This document shows, piece after piece, positions 26,201 to 38,263 of a DNA stretch of 64,000 bases (positions within the stretch are counted from its first letter, which is position 1; each line of letters opens with the position of its first letter). Position numbers and translations under genes: made by a program. Under the pieces are notes generated by a model. That model was not told where the DNA came from and searched no databases. It worked only from the letters and a program-made list of their open reading frames with translations. Source of the stretch: Macrostomum lignano (Eukaryota); the NCBI GenBank assembly GCA_002269645.1, contig NIVC01003341.1:1-64000 (forward strand), given 5' to 3'.

Positions 26201-27231
26201 AGATCGATCAGCTTGCCGCCGTATGCGCGCAGCTTCATCGTTGTCGGCTGAGGTAGCACGTCGGTCAGGAGCGCGGCCGTGTCGGCGTTCAACAGTGACA
26301 CCTTGGCGCCGCAGTCGATCAGAGTATTGACCGGCACCTCTGCTTGTCCGAGCCGCAGCTGCGCACGGATCTCACCGTCTCCCTGCACGGCGTATATAGT
26401 GACCGCCTCGTCCGGGCCGTCCTGAGCCTGGCCGGTCACTTGGAGCGCCTTGCTCCGGCAGCAACGGCTGAAATGGTTCATCTTGCCGCAGTTGTTGCAA
26501 GACTGCCCCTTCGCTGGGCAGTTGCCGTCGCCGTGACTGCGTCCGCAGCGAGAGCAGGCCTTTGCGGCGGGTCGACTTTGCTGGCCTTTCTTAGCTGGCT
26601 TCGCCGCGCCACTCCACTTCGCCTTTGGCTTCTGCGCCTGCCGGACCGCGTGCACGGGCTCCGTTGTGCCCATCAGAGCCTGACAGCCCTTTGACGCCTT
26701 CTCGATGGTGACGGCGATGGTGAGGGCCCTCTCCAGCGTGAGAGTAGCCGCGTCTTCCGTCAGCAGTCGCTCCCGGATGCGAGCGCTGCCAGTCTTCTCT
26801 GCCAGTTGGTCTCTGATGAGCTGGTCTCGGAGATTTCCGTACTCGCAGGGCTCGGCCAGCTCCCTGAGCGCGGCCACGAAGGACTCCGCGTCTTCGCCGG
26901 GCAGCTGGTGTCGTTGGCGGAATCGGAAGCGAGCCACCATCACGTTGGGCTTCTCTCCGAAGATCCCGTCCAGCTTTGCCTTCGTCTCCTTGAAGGAATC
27001 TCCCTCCGTGAGTGCTTGCCTCGCCTTGGCAATGCGCTGGCCTTCGAATCCGAGCAGGTGGAGCAGCAGATTCCTCTTTGTGGGTTCTGCCTCGGATTGC
27101 CCCTCCGGCTCCCGAAACTGGGATGCCGTGTAGAAGAATTCGAACGCGTCCAGCCATCTTGGCCACGGTACTGCCGGTTGGCCGCTCACGGGAAGAAAAG
27201 GCGCTGGTGCTGGAAGGCTGGGTCCGCTCAT
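23276..27231 (-). CDS. pol: Gag-Pol polyprotein (single ORF interrupted by one frameshift at ~24284)
   Basis: Zn knuckles CSRCGRSHGDGNC and CNNCGKMNHFSRC; protease LIDCGA; RT VCVDIR...FGL...HILDD; RNase H TDASS...EREALA...TDH; integrase H..H-C..C, VDIVG, SDNGPQF, NGQTERLN. Adding one G at 24283-24285 restores CGACETAEKN and joins the two ORFs. Confidence 0.93.
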
Positions 27232-27243
27232 CCTAGTCGCCAA
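27229..27243 (-). other. Primer binding site, tRNA-Ser(GCT)-like
   Basis: TTGGCGACTAGGATG directly after the 5' LTR; one mismatch to the TGGCGACGAGGATG complement of the tRNA-Ser(GCT) 3' end as I recall it. Confidence 0.7.
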
Positions 27244-27545
27244 TGTGGTGTCTCAACAGACTAACACAGGAAACACGAGTACGTGGCAGGTAAGACTTTT
27301 TGCCGGAAAAAAGGGTACGAGCTCCACTTAGGGCAACCCGCGCTTATATTTGATATTTAACAGTAAATTGTTACACGATCGATAAATTCAACCGCCAAAA
27401 TGTCACGTGATTAAAAAATACGTTTCACAATACAATATACGAATAATTTATTAACTGCACTACTTAAAGTAGAGTAGTAAGAAAAAGTAAGAAAAGGTTA
27501 GTTAGACGAACGGCCCTTTTACGGGCTCCTAGTCACGACACAACA
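27244..27545 (-). repeat. 5' LTR (302 bp)
   Basis: Matches 22947-23248. Confidence 0.97.
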
Positions 27546-27750
27546 CTAACCACTAGGCTGTACAAACTTACAATAAAGATACAAAAGCTAATAAATATGT
27601 GACTTGGAAGTTGAATTACAGGTCGGCATAGTTGAACTTTTAATTAGAGAATCAGTCAATTGAGAGTCGAAGAGATGGGAAGAGCCTGATCAGATGATAT
27701 GATATGACATGATTCTATAATTTTTAAAAGGTCTTCAAAAAATTCCAATT

Positions 27751-30700
27751 TCAAATGTTACATGGCTGGCTTCTCAGATCGGTCTGCTCAAATTGGCTGT
27801 GCATCAGCTCTTCATCAGCTCCTGTCTGGCCGCCATTGTACGGCACGAAGGTGCTTCCATCGCTTTCATAGTGCCCAACCGCCAGGGTGTACAGCCGCTC
27901 CTGCAGCAGAGGGCCTTCGCTGCCTTCGTCGGACTCCTCATCCGAGCTGGAAGATTCAACCGAGCTGACGAAGACCACGGCAACGAATCTGGGGACGCAC
28001 TGCGGAGTTAACGCGCGATGATAGATAGCTTGTAAAGATGGCTACGATGTTGGGGAGATTCTGATTGAAGGATGACCTCAGCGGGTAACCCCTTAAATAC
28101 ACCACTTAAAGCTGTACGTGTAATTCGCATTTAAGAGCCGCACTCAAGCAGCAACAAGGGTGCAATGGCCTGGACTGTGGCTCCCTCTGCAGCCTGGGCC
28201 ATGGGGTCTGATACCCAATCGACTGAACTGCGAGCACCCTGTCTGTTCTCCTCACTGATTTACTGCCCTGTGAACACTCCCTCTTTGCTATGCATGCACT
28301 GCCGTCTATCTGTTGCTGTCAGTATCTTTCGAACCGCACAGCAGCACGCCTGAATCAAGTTGGGGCTCAGGACCCCATAAATACATTAAAACGGAAACTT
28401 CGACTCCCACAATCTGGACACTGTCTTACTTCTGTCTGCCTGCCACTCGGGAGCCACGTTCCCAGTGAAAATGCTTCAAATACTCCCTCGCAATCGGACT
28501 TCGCTCCATTCGAAGTCATCACAAAGGGAATAAAAGCGCCGTCAGCCAGCAGACAGTCGAAGCGACTGACCTCGCCGGTCATCATCAGGTCCCTAGCCAT
28601 AAATGGCTGTTGGTGCACCCATTTCTCGACAGCGACTCTCCACATCCTTTTTATCCAATGCTCAGCTGCATCATCTTCTCTCCAGTACAATCCTTCAGAG
28701 TACCTGCCTAGTTACCATGCGGCCTGCCTCTGCCACTTCGTCCCTCAACACCGCCTTCAACCACAGCCTGCAGCACTCTTGCAATGAAGAAGCGGTCCCT
28801 TTTAATCCAGCCGTTAGTCTTCTTCTCCTTCCAGGAAATGACCAGCATTCTTCTGTAGGTCTTCATCTGGAAAGCTCTCAGTCGCCTTTCAGCTTTCTTC
28901 TCTAGCTCTGTTTTCCACCTCTCACAGGCGTAGAGAAGAGTTTCCATGACTACAGATCTCATCAGCAGCATTAAATTTTTAATGGGATGTTTTTTGCTCT
29001 CCACATGTTTCCGTTTCGGGGAAATCTCGGCGGGGAAATCTCGGCTGGGAAATCTCGGCTGGGAAATCTCGGCTGGGAAATCTCGGCTGGGAAATCTCGG
29101 CTGGGAAATCTCGGCGGGGAAAACTCGGCTGGGAAATCTCGGCTGGGAAATCTCGGCTGGGAAATCTCGGCTGGGAAATCTCGGCTGGGAAATCTCGGCG
29201 GGGAAATCTCGGTGGGGAAAACTCGGTGGGGAAAACTCGGAAGGAAATCTCGGCTGGGAAATCTCGGCTGGGAAATCTCGGCTAGGACATCTCGGCTGGG
29301 AAATCTCGGCTGGGAAATCTCGGCTGGGAAATCTCGGCGGGGAAAACTCGGCTGGGAAATCTCGGCTGGGAAATCTCGGCGGGGAAAACTCGGCTGGGAA
29401 ATCTCGGCTGGGAAATCTCGGCTGGGAAATCTCGGCTGGGAAATCTCGGCTGGGAAATCTCGGCGGGGAAAACTCGGCTGGGAAAACTCGGCTGGGAAAT
29501 CTCGGCTGGGAAATCTCGGCGGGGAAAACTCGGCTGGGAAATCTCGGCTAGGACATCTCGGCGGGGAAAACTCGGCTGGGAAATCTCGGCTGGGAAATCT
29601 CGGCGGGGAAAACTCGGCGGGAAAACCTCGCTGCGGGAAATTCTCATAGACCCGCTATTTGAGCAATCTGCTCGCTCAAAAAAAGTTGCCTCTATGAACC
29701 CGTTCTCAAATGCTGCCTACCAAAATGCTTTCACATCATCCAGTTTGTATTATGGCGTCTTAAACTTATTCACAGAATTATTTCGATCAATTGCAACTTG
29801 GCCGTGGCTTTCTCTATGCTTCTGTTTGAAACTCAGCATAGCTATATCGCTCAAAAGACTAGATCTCATTATTAATAACACATTCTCATAGTTAAGCAAG
29901 AAAGCTACAGCAATAATACGCACCTTTGAAGGCAGGTTGGCATATTGTACTCCGGTCTCAGAGCCGCTAATTTGCGGAGCAGGTCGATCTGGTATCTCCT
30001 GCGGCTCGCGATTGGTTGGCGGTTTTCGTTTCCTAATCAACACTAGAGCAACGGTGACAGCCAGGGCTGAGGAGAGCAGAAAAACTCCAATGATAATCCA
30101 GGCTAATCTGAAATCTTCAGAAATGTTACCAGAAGAGTCCAAGTCAACTTGAAAGCCTGTTTTGGATTGGCTTGGAAGAATCTGTATAGTTTCTAAGTGA
30201 TAAATATCTGTAGACATTTTGCTATCAGACATCCACCTACAATGCAGCCAGCCTTATAATTAATTTGCGTGTAAATCATGACCGATTTTCCCTAGCTAAA
30301 CAGAACATCCGTTTCCAAGCGCTAAGTATGAACGACAGATTGTAATAATAGTAATAATAATTGATACAACTGCCCCAATGGGCAGATGTGCAACCGACAG
30401 CTCAGCATCTGAAGGCTGCGTACGGCTGTTCAGTCCAAGGACTGGAGGGGGGTCGCCACACACAGCCTCAATTATCCCAGCTAATGCTGGCACCCATTTT
30501 ACAGCTGGGTGAACTGAAGCAATGCAGAGTTAAGTGTCTTGCTCAATGACACAAATTGTTCCGAGTCGAGAATCGAAATCGAGAATCGAACCCCCGACCT
30601 TCAGTCCGACGCTCCAACCACTAGGCTACAACCCCTACTGACTGTAGGTAGACAAAATATGAGAATTGTATCCGTGGGGTCTCATCCATCAAGAGTTTGT

Positions 30701-33700
30701 GCCACATGAGTAAACTGCGAATCAGCAAGCACTTTCATCGTGAAGTCCTCGAGAGGATGATGCTGAGGATGCGAGGATAACAGTGGGGCAACAATGCCCG
30801 GTTGCTGCATCGCGACAACGAACCAGCGCACAAAACAGTTTTGATATCTCTGGCTGAAGCAGGCTCTCAAAGGATCACGATCTGAAGACCAGGAAGACTT
30901 AAAGAACAACGAGACAAGGGTCTTGCAAGGCATCTCGATGGAGGGCCTCTACAAGTGCATCCAGAAATTGAGGCGCTGTGTTGAATGCAGGGGCAATTAC
31001 TTTGAGGGCTGCAGTTGACTAATGCTTAGATAACATTCAAGCATACATTTTTTAGTCACAACAATGGATACATAATATTTTGCTGTTAGAAAAATGAGTT
31101 ACCCGTTTCGTTCGAAGTGCAATTACGAAAGACCTGTTCGCTTGTTTGAAATACCGTCGAGCCATTGAAGTCCTGCTGAACAGTGCAGTTGATGAGAAAA
31201 TTCGATTCATTAAGCAGCGATTCGCATGCTGGTGGTGAAATGCTGCCGTTTCCCTGCCAGGTGTGGCTGTTTTGCATCCGCGTCAGTTCAACACTCTGGG
31301 GGTGAGGACGGTTATTGAGATTTGACTTTGAATTTTATTTTAACCTGATTTTTAATGGATCATCCAATGAATCAGTTTGGTCCGAAGCTGAGCCTTTGGT
31401 TCCGTTCCGGTGCTCAGGTTGACATTGAGTTCAAGATCCTCATGTCTCCTCATTATCCTACAGCTTACAGGGGCTGGATAGGAAGCAGATGGGAAGGAGT
31501 CAATCACCTGGATTCCCAAGTCAATCACCTGGATTCCCTAGTCAATCACCTGGGTTCTCTAGTCAATCACCTGGATTCTCTAATCAATCACCTGGATTCT
31601 CTAATCAATCACCTGGGTTCTCTAATCAATCACCTGGATTCTCGAATCAATCACCTGGATTCTCTAGTCAATCACCTGGGTTCTCTAGTCAGCGCCCGCT
31701 GACCCATCAAAACCTGGCCTCAGACCGCTGTAACCTGTGGTTCTTTGCTTGAATTATTTCATCTTACTCCTGAATTAAAATGGACTTTATTCACTTTAAA
31801 CATTTAAGCAACGTTTTCATCACAGCATTTTGACTTTGAAAAGATAAAGATGGTAGCAAAGAGATACATCTGCACGCTAATGTCATGCGCGCTTATTCGG
31901 CCCTCTTTCGGGCTCGCATCAAGCACTCACAGTGGAATTTGCGATCTGGCAGACAACAGATGACACCGGAGGCCGAGCGTCGGAGGCAGCCACAGCCAGG
32001 TGCAGTCGCGAGCTCTCAATGCTGGCATCTACCTGAATGCTTGCCGGGTCTGCAGTGAAATTGGAAATTGCATTCAAACAAAGATTCACAGAATTGTTTA
32101 ATGCACTGTTCGGCACTCACAGAAAATCGGCGGTCGCAGCTGCTCCAGACTCTCAGCCTCATCATACACCACACCTGACTGGTTGACGCTGCAGCGAACC
32201 GACCAGTTCTGGTGAGCCATCGACCTGCTCACCTGCAGCTGGTGAGCGCTGCTGAAGCTGCTCTGCTGCAATGCGAATGAGGGTGCAGATTGGGACAGGT
32301 GAGGCTCTGCACTTCTCTGAGCACTTTGGCCAGTCTCAGTGCAAGCGTACTTCAACTCTGCGGAGCGGCACGGGTGAAGCGCCATCAGCCTGCAGCAGCC
32401 GGCAGCTGTGGCTCACGTTCCAGATGCTGCAGGCGCTGGAGGTCACTGCGATGTGGCGGGTTTGGCCCACCAGCCAGTGCGGACTCGAGCCCAGGACTAC
32501 GGCTGTCTGACACGGCTCTGCAGTGCGAGCGAGCGGCTGGGTGAGGGGCGGCTGGGTGAGGGGCGGCTGGGTGAGGGGTGGCTGGGTGAGGGGTGGCTGG
32601 GTGAGGGGCGGCTGGGTGAGGGGTGGCTGGGTGAGGGTGGCTGGGTGAGGGGTGGCTGGGTGAGGGGTGGCTGGGTGAGGGGTGGCTGGGTGAGGGGTGG
32701 CTGGGTGAGGGGTGGCTGGGTGAGGGGCGGCTGGGTGAGGGGTGGCTGGGTGAGGGGTGGCTGGGTGAGGGGTGGCTGGGTGATGGGTTGCTGTGTAAGG
32801 GGTGGCTGGGTGAGGGGTGGCTGGGTGATGGGTTGCTGTGTAGGGGGTGGCTGGGCGAGGCGACACGTTAATAAAATATGGAAGTCTGAATTCACTTTGC
32901 GGATTACTCACCGCTTATCTGTGTTACATTGTGATTTAACTTGTATTTTAAAAGATAAATTCTGTTGCTTCCAGTCACTAACACCCTGCACAGAATTTTG
33001 CGTCCGACCATTGAGAGCGATGCGTGAAAGCTGAACCTTGAGCGAACTGACAGCAGAACCCTGTTTTTATTGTCTTTCACAACAGACCGGCTCTGAAAGT
33101 TGAACAATCTGTACAAAATGTACATGCAAACTGAGTGGCACCTGCATTTTAAGCATGCTCTGTGGGAGGATTGGCAGTGGGCAAAGTGTGATGTCGGTGA
33201 GGGCGGTGTCGGTCAACCCTAACCCGCTCACTCAAAGGCAGTGCGGCATGACCTCACCTGACTCTCAAATTTCAAAGGCTGCTCCGTCACCGCCCTGATC
33301 GAACACCGAATCCTGGGCTCCGGAAAGAATCGCTGCGCTTCGGTTTCTAAGAAAACTTTCCTGCCCGAGACCCACACCGGAGAGACCGATAGAGTGAAGC
33401 TTCCGTCATGAACTACAATTAAAAGTGCATACAAATGGATTTATAGGTGTAAAACTGTACAGAGCCCTGAATGACAGCTGCACCAGCAAATCCCCAGACT
33501 TGCATGCCACAGCGATTTCCCTCTCAATCTGCAGAGCCGCTGGGTTCCTCTGCCAGCACGTCAGAGTCCGCGGAATTTCGTTCTCCTTCACAAAGTACTC
33601 AAAATGGGTGACTCCAATCCGACCAGCGTCCGTTTTCAGCTGAAAATCACAGAGTGCCCTGAGATCTCAGCCTCAAAGTCAAATCTGTCAGGCAAGGTCG

Positions 33701-36372
33701 GCCAGTCGCTCACCAGCTCAGCCTCTCGCCTGCTGCCATCCGCGGGTCGAACTGAGCAGCCCGGAGTCTGGGAGCCGCAGCTGCTCACTGAGAAGCCAAT
33801 GCGATCTCCGTTTTTCCACGTGAGGGGCTCGCAGTTCAGGCAGAATGGGTTTCTGGTCTCGTTCAGCTGCATTGGGGCCGTGCGGCCTGAGGATGCGGAG
33901 GTGAAATGAACTCAGCGACCTGCAAATCAAAGCATTGAGTTGAAAGACCTCACCTTGCAGATTGAGAGCGCTCCACTGGAGAGGCTGGGAGCTGCTGAAC
34001 AGAAGGAAGGCCACTGGAAGCTGGAAGGAGTGCTCAGAATGTCTGAGTTCTTCAGAATGTGCAAAATGTGCAGCATGCAAACAGCTGCCTCTTTCACTCA
34101 CCATGGCGGTGCCGCTGGAGCCATCAAGACTCCGCCAGCGGTCGCTACCGTTGAAGGCCTCCCAGCTGGCGCGGCACGGATTCTCCAGCTGCAGCTCCAG
34201 CGGGAGGCTCGAGGCTCCGACCGCTGACACGGGCGAGCCGACCGGAGCTGCTGCGAGCCACTGGCCATCTGCAACACGAGTGCTTGGCTGCCAGCTGGTC
34301 TCACACTGTCTCAGAGTGCTAATTAGATGCTAGCTGGTCTCACACTGTCTCAGAGTGCTAATTAGATGCTAGCTGGTCTCACACTGTCTCAGAGTGCTAA
34401 TTAGATGCTAGCTGGTCTCACACTGTCTCAGAGTGCTAATTAGATGCTAGCTGGTCTCACACTGTCTCAGAGTGCTAATTAGATGCTAGCTGGTCTCACA
34501 CTGTCTCAGAGTGCTGATTAGATGCTAGCTGGTCTCACACTGTCTCAGAGTGCTGATTAGATGCTAGCTGGTCTCACACTGTCTCAGAGTGCTAATTAGA
34601 TGCTAGCTGGTCTCACACTGTCTCAGAGTGCTTGGCTGCTAGCTGGTCTCACACTGTCTCAGAGTGCTAATTAGATGCTAGCTGGTCTCACACTGTCTCA
34701 GAGTGCTAATTAGATGCTAGCTGGTCTCACACTGTCTCAGAGTGCTAATTAGATGCTAGCTGGTCTCACACTGTCTCAGAGTGCTAATTAGATGCTAGCT
34801 GGTCTCACACTGTCTCAGAGTGCTAATTAGATGCTAGCTGGTCTCACACTGTCTCAGAGTGCTAATTAGATGCTAGCTGGTCTCACACTGTCTCAGAGTG
34901 CTAATTAGATGCTAGCTGGTCTCACACTGTCTCAGAGTGCTAATTAGATGCTAGCTGGTCTCACACTGTCTCAGAGTGCTAATTAGATGCTAGCTGGTCT
35001 CACACTGTCTCAGAGTGCTAATTAGATGCTAGCTGGTCTCACACTGTCTCAGAGTGCTAATTAGATGCTAGCTGGTCTCACACTGTCTCAGAGTGCTAAT
35101 TAGATGCTAGCTGGTCTCACACTGTCTCAGAGTGCTAATTAGATGCTAGCTGGTCTCACACTGTCTCAGAGTGCTAATTAGATGCTAGCTGGTCTCACAC
35201 TGTCTCAGAGTGCTAATTAGATGCTAGCTGGTCTCACACTGTCTCAGAGTGCTGATTAGATGCTAGCTGGTCTCACACTGTCTCAGAGTGCTGATTAGAT
35301 GCTAGCTGGTCTCACACTGTCTCAGAGTGCTAATTAGATGCTAGCTGGTCTCACACTGTCTCAGAGTGCTAATTAGATGCTAGCTGGTCTCACACTGTCT
35401 CAGAGTGCTAATTAGATGCTAGCTGGTCTCACACTGTCTCAGAGTGCTAATTAGATGCTAGCTGGTCTCACACTGTCTCAGAGTGCTGATTAGATGCTAG
35501 CTGGTCTCACACTGTCTCAGAGTGCTGATTAGATGCTAGCTGGTCTCACACTGTCTCAGAGTGCTAATTAGATGCTAGCTGGTCTCACACTGTCTCAGAG
35601 TGCTTGGCTGCTAGCTGGTCTCACACTGTCTCAGAGTGCTAATTAGATGCTAGCTGGTCTCACACTGTCTCAGAGTGCTAATTAGATGCTAGCTGGTCTC
35701 ACACTGTCTCAGAGTGCTAATTAGATGCTAGCTGGTCTCACACTGTCTCAGAGTGCTAATTAGATGCTAGCTGGTCTCACACTGTCTCAGAGTGCTAATT
35801 AGATGCTAGCTGGTCTCACACTGTCTCAGAGTGCTAATTAGATGCTAGCTGGTCTCACACTGTCTCAGAGTGCTAATTAGATGCTAGCTGGTCTCACACT
35901 GTCTCAGAGTGCTAATTAGATGCTAGCTGGTCTCACACTGTCTCACAATGTGTCCCAGACTCCCTCTGCCTCATCATGCATCATGAGAATGAGTCGGTCA
36001 ACGTCACTCACCCCAGTCTCGCACGCTCACCGCCTTCAGCATCATCGGCTGCCTCAGCTGCATCACAAGCCACCGAGGCCCGGACCGCACAGCAGCAGGG
36101 AATCGGTTTGTCTCTGACTGCCGACTCTCCCACCAACGGCAGTGCGCACCGCTGGGTTGCCAGGTGCGCAGAACGTCAGCCCTGCTCAGCTGCACTGTCA
36201 CTGGAAACGGATTGCTCACAGAATGTTTACAGGAAATCCTACTAGCATCTGAGACACTGATCTGATGATAATTTGTCTCACCTGTGCGATTAACATCAGA
36301 GCAGTCTAGGGAGCTGTCCGCCACTTGCAAATTCAGCATAAGCAGCAACAGGTTCCATAATTTTCTATTCAT
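27751..36372 (-). CDS. Receptor A: signal peptide, discoidin/F5-8C-like, 4 or more Ig-like domains, TM, ITIM-bearing tail (one region unresolved)
   Basis: In-phase exons 36372-36282, 36200-36012, 34268-34102, 34020-33954, 33886-33714, 33639-33504 (GC donor), 33412-33258, 33092-32912, 32517-32351, 32265-32121, 32049-31931; unresolved or disrupted ~31780-31345; then 31293-31103, 30147-29924 (TM AWIIIGVFLLSSALAVTVALVLI-RKRK, VQYANL) and probably 27999-27751. Confidence 0.78.
28708..29004 (-). mobile_element. RTE-like LINE 3' ORF remnant
   Basis: TLLYACERW...RRLRAFQMKTYRRMLVISWKEKKTN...EGGVEGRSGRGRP matches the post-RT C-terminus typical of RTE-clade elements. Confidence 0.75.
29017..29642 (+). 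repeat. 14-bp minisatellite (gggaaatctcggct)
   Basis: Direct reading; lies in the last intron of receptor A. Confidence 0.95.
30340..30636 (-). mobile_element. tRNA-derived SINE family 1
   Basis: A box tagcctagtgg, B box ggttcgattct, shared core, att-rich tail. Confidence 0.85.
30670..31018 (+). mobile_element. Decayed mariner transposase C-terminal remnant
   Basis: With stops and frameshifts: IHQEFVP, LLHRDNEPAH, LKQALKGSRSEDQEDLKNN, LRRCVECRGNYFEG, matching mariner motifs HHEFVP, LHHDNAPAH, RCI...GEYFEG. Confidence 0.8.
31498..31688 (+). repeat. 21-bp minisatellite (agtcaatcacctggattctct), ~9 units
   Basis: Direct reading; lies inside the fourth Ig-like unit of receptor A. Confidence 0.93.
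32535..32857 (+). repeat. 15-bp G-rich minisatellite (ggctgggtgaggggt)
   Basis: Direct reading; intron 8 of receptor A. Confidence 0.95.
34293..35945 (+). repeat. 39-bp satellite, ~42 units, intron 2 of receptor A
   Basis: Unit gctagctggtctcacactgtctcagagtgctaattagat; period 39 measured at 34321/34360. Confidence 0.97.
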
Positions 36373-37363
36373 TGAACAGCAAGCTCTGTTTTTATTCTAG
36401 TAATCCTCCGATCTATGATAAAGAATAATTCTCTATTATCATTTTGTGAAGTCTTAATAAGTAGAAGTCTTCATTTTCAGCCAAATGTTCTGGTTAGACC
36501 GGCATGTGAAAGTTGGTTAAATATAAAATCAGTTGCATGTAAACCTGTGCATAATTATCTCGAGGAGAGGTTAGTCATGTACAGAGCTGCGCTACACTCT
36601 GAATGTACAAACACAGAGTGTTTATGGTTAGTGTTCATCAGTCAGGTCGAGATTCCACAGTACAATGAATTATTTATCACAAGATCATTTGAAAGCAATT
36701 CAGCCTATACGAAATGATGGCGAGGACAATCTACATGTAGTTCAACTGTTTTGGTCACCGCTTCAACCTAGGCTAGTGAATCTGCTTTGGAGATGGCGCG
36801 CTATTGTTTACACTTTGGTGAAGCTGAACTATCAACTACGAAACAGTGTTTGGATCGCATCTGCTTCTTGGCATTTATGACTCATTTTTAGCTAAATTTC
36901 AAGATTTAGGCAGACATATTTAATTGCCCGTTAATCAAGATTAAAATATTTTATTGTAAACACTTGATGCACTTTGGAATTACGTTGATTAAAGCGTAGT
37001 CATCGTTGAAAAAATTATTAACATTTCTGGCAAATTCCAAAGAAAGCGCCTTCGGGCCACGCTGCCAAATGCCGTCACTGCGACCCTGATGGAGGACAGA
37101 AAACAGATGAAATTATCATCGAATTAAGTTGCAACTGTAGCTCGCTTACATTTTGTCTTTTCTTGGCTACAGCTTGCAATTATTACCTGTGATGAAATAT
37201 GAAGGCTTGGCAGGGTCGTACGGAAGCGCAGTGCATATTGGAAAATAATCTGACCTTCGATAGCGTTGAATGCCCCGACGATCTGGAGGATGTTGACTTG
37301 ATTTCTTGTTTGATAAGGTTAATCAGTGTTCTGATTTGATCGTTTGCTCCTGTTAAAGCTTAA

Positions 37364-37650
37364 GGTTGTAGCTTGCTGGCTAAAGCGTCGGACTCACGAC
37401 TTAAAGGTTGGGGGTTCGATTCTCGACCCAATTTGAACATTTTTGGATCATTAACACTTAACTCTGCATTGATTCAGTTCACACAGCTGTAAAATGGGTA
37501 CCAGCATTAGCTGGAGTATTGAGGATGTGTGTGGCCAGTCCTTGGACTGAACAGCCGTACCCAGCCTTCAGATGCGCAGCGCAAATAGCTGCGGCTGAGC
37601 TGTCGGTTGCACATCTGCCCATTAGGGCAGGTATAGTTAATTATTATCTT
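37364..37650 (+). mobile_element. tRNA-derived SINE family 1 (older, internally deleted copy)
   Basis: Degenerate A box, B box ggttcgattct, shared core. Confidence 0.8.
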
Positions 37651-38263
37651 TTACTATTCTCTTGTTAAAACAAGCAACGAGCCTTATTATGAAGCAGAAC
37701 CTGAAGTACCACTGAGATAAGCATTGATTGAGGTACTTTTTAGACCAAGTTTCCTTAGACCTGATATGAAGCCTTAACTACCGTGAGCTTGACTGGAAAT
37801 GCTCACTATTCCTGTGTATGTGTAGCATACACTTCATATCTTAAAAGTTTACAAAAAACGAAAACCTTCAAGTCTTATTAACACTGAAAGTTTTAGATTT
37901 GGAATATGAATAGTTTATTTACTGGTTCGACAGGGTAGTGATAGAATAGTAGGATGATTGTGTCCTACAATAGTTGCATAAAATAGTTAATTTTAGGTGC
38001 AATAATTATAATACAGTGAAAAGTTGTGGTGCATAAGAATAGTTCGTGGAAATTGTTTGATAAATAATGACTGTTACCTGAATACTGCTAATGACAGACT
38101 ACTATACTACAGTAGTCACTGAAGGAACATAGTGGAATCGTAAGTTATTCACCACATAAGATGCAATATTTACAAGCCAAAAGAAAAATTATTATCAAAA
38201 ATTCAATATAAAAAATTGATTGCTGTCTGATGTGTAAGGTAGCAGAATCTTTTTCAGTTCCAT

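Larger units (their letters stand above)
22947..27545 (-). mobile_element. Ty3/Gypsy (Mag-like) LTR retrotransposon, 4599 bp, full length
   Basis: Two 302-bp LTRs, identical by eye, with TG...CA ends; 5-bp TSD ctaac at 22942-22946 and 27546-27550; PBS, PPT and a gag-PR-RT-RH-IN order. Confidence 0.97.

Noticed and set aside
23288-27264. Plus-strand and alternative-frame ORFs in the retroelement, or an env gene
   Set aside because: Shadows of a GC-rich pol; no room for env between integrase and the PPT.
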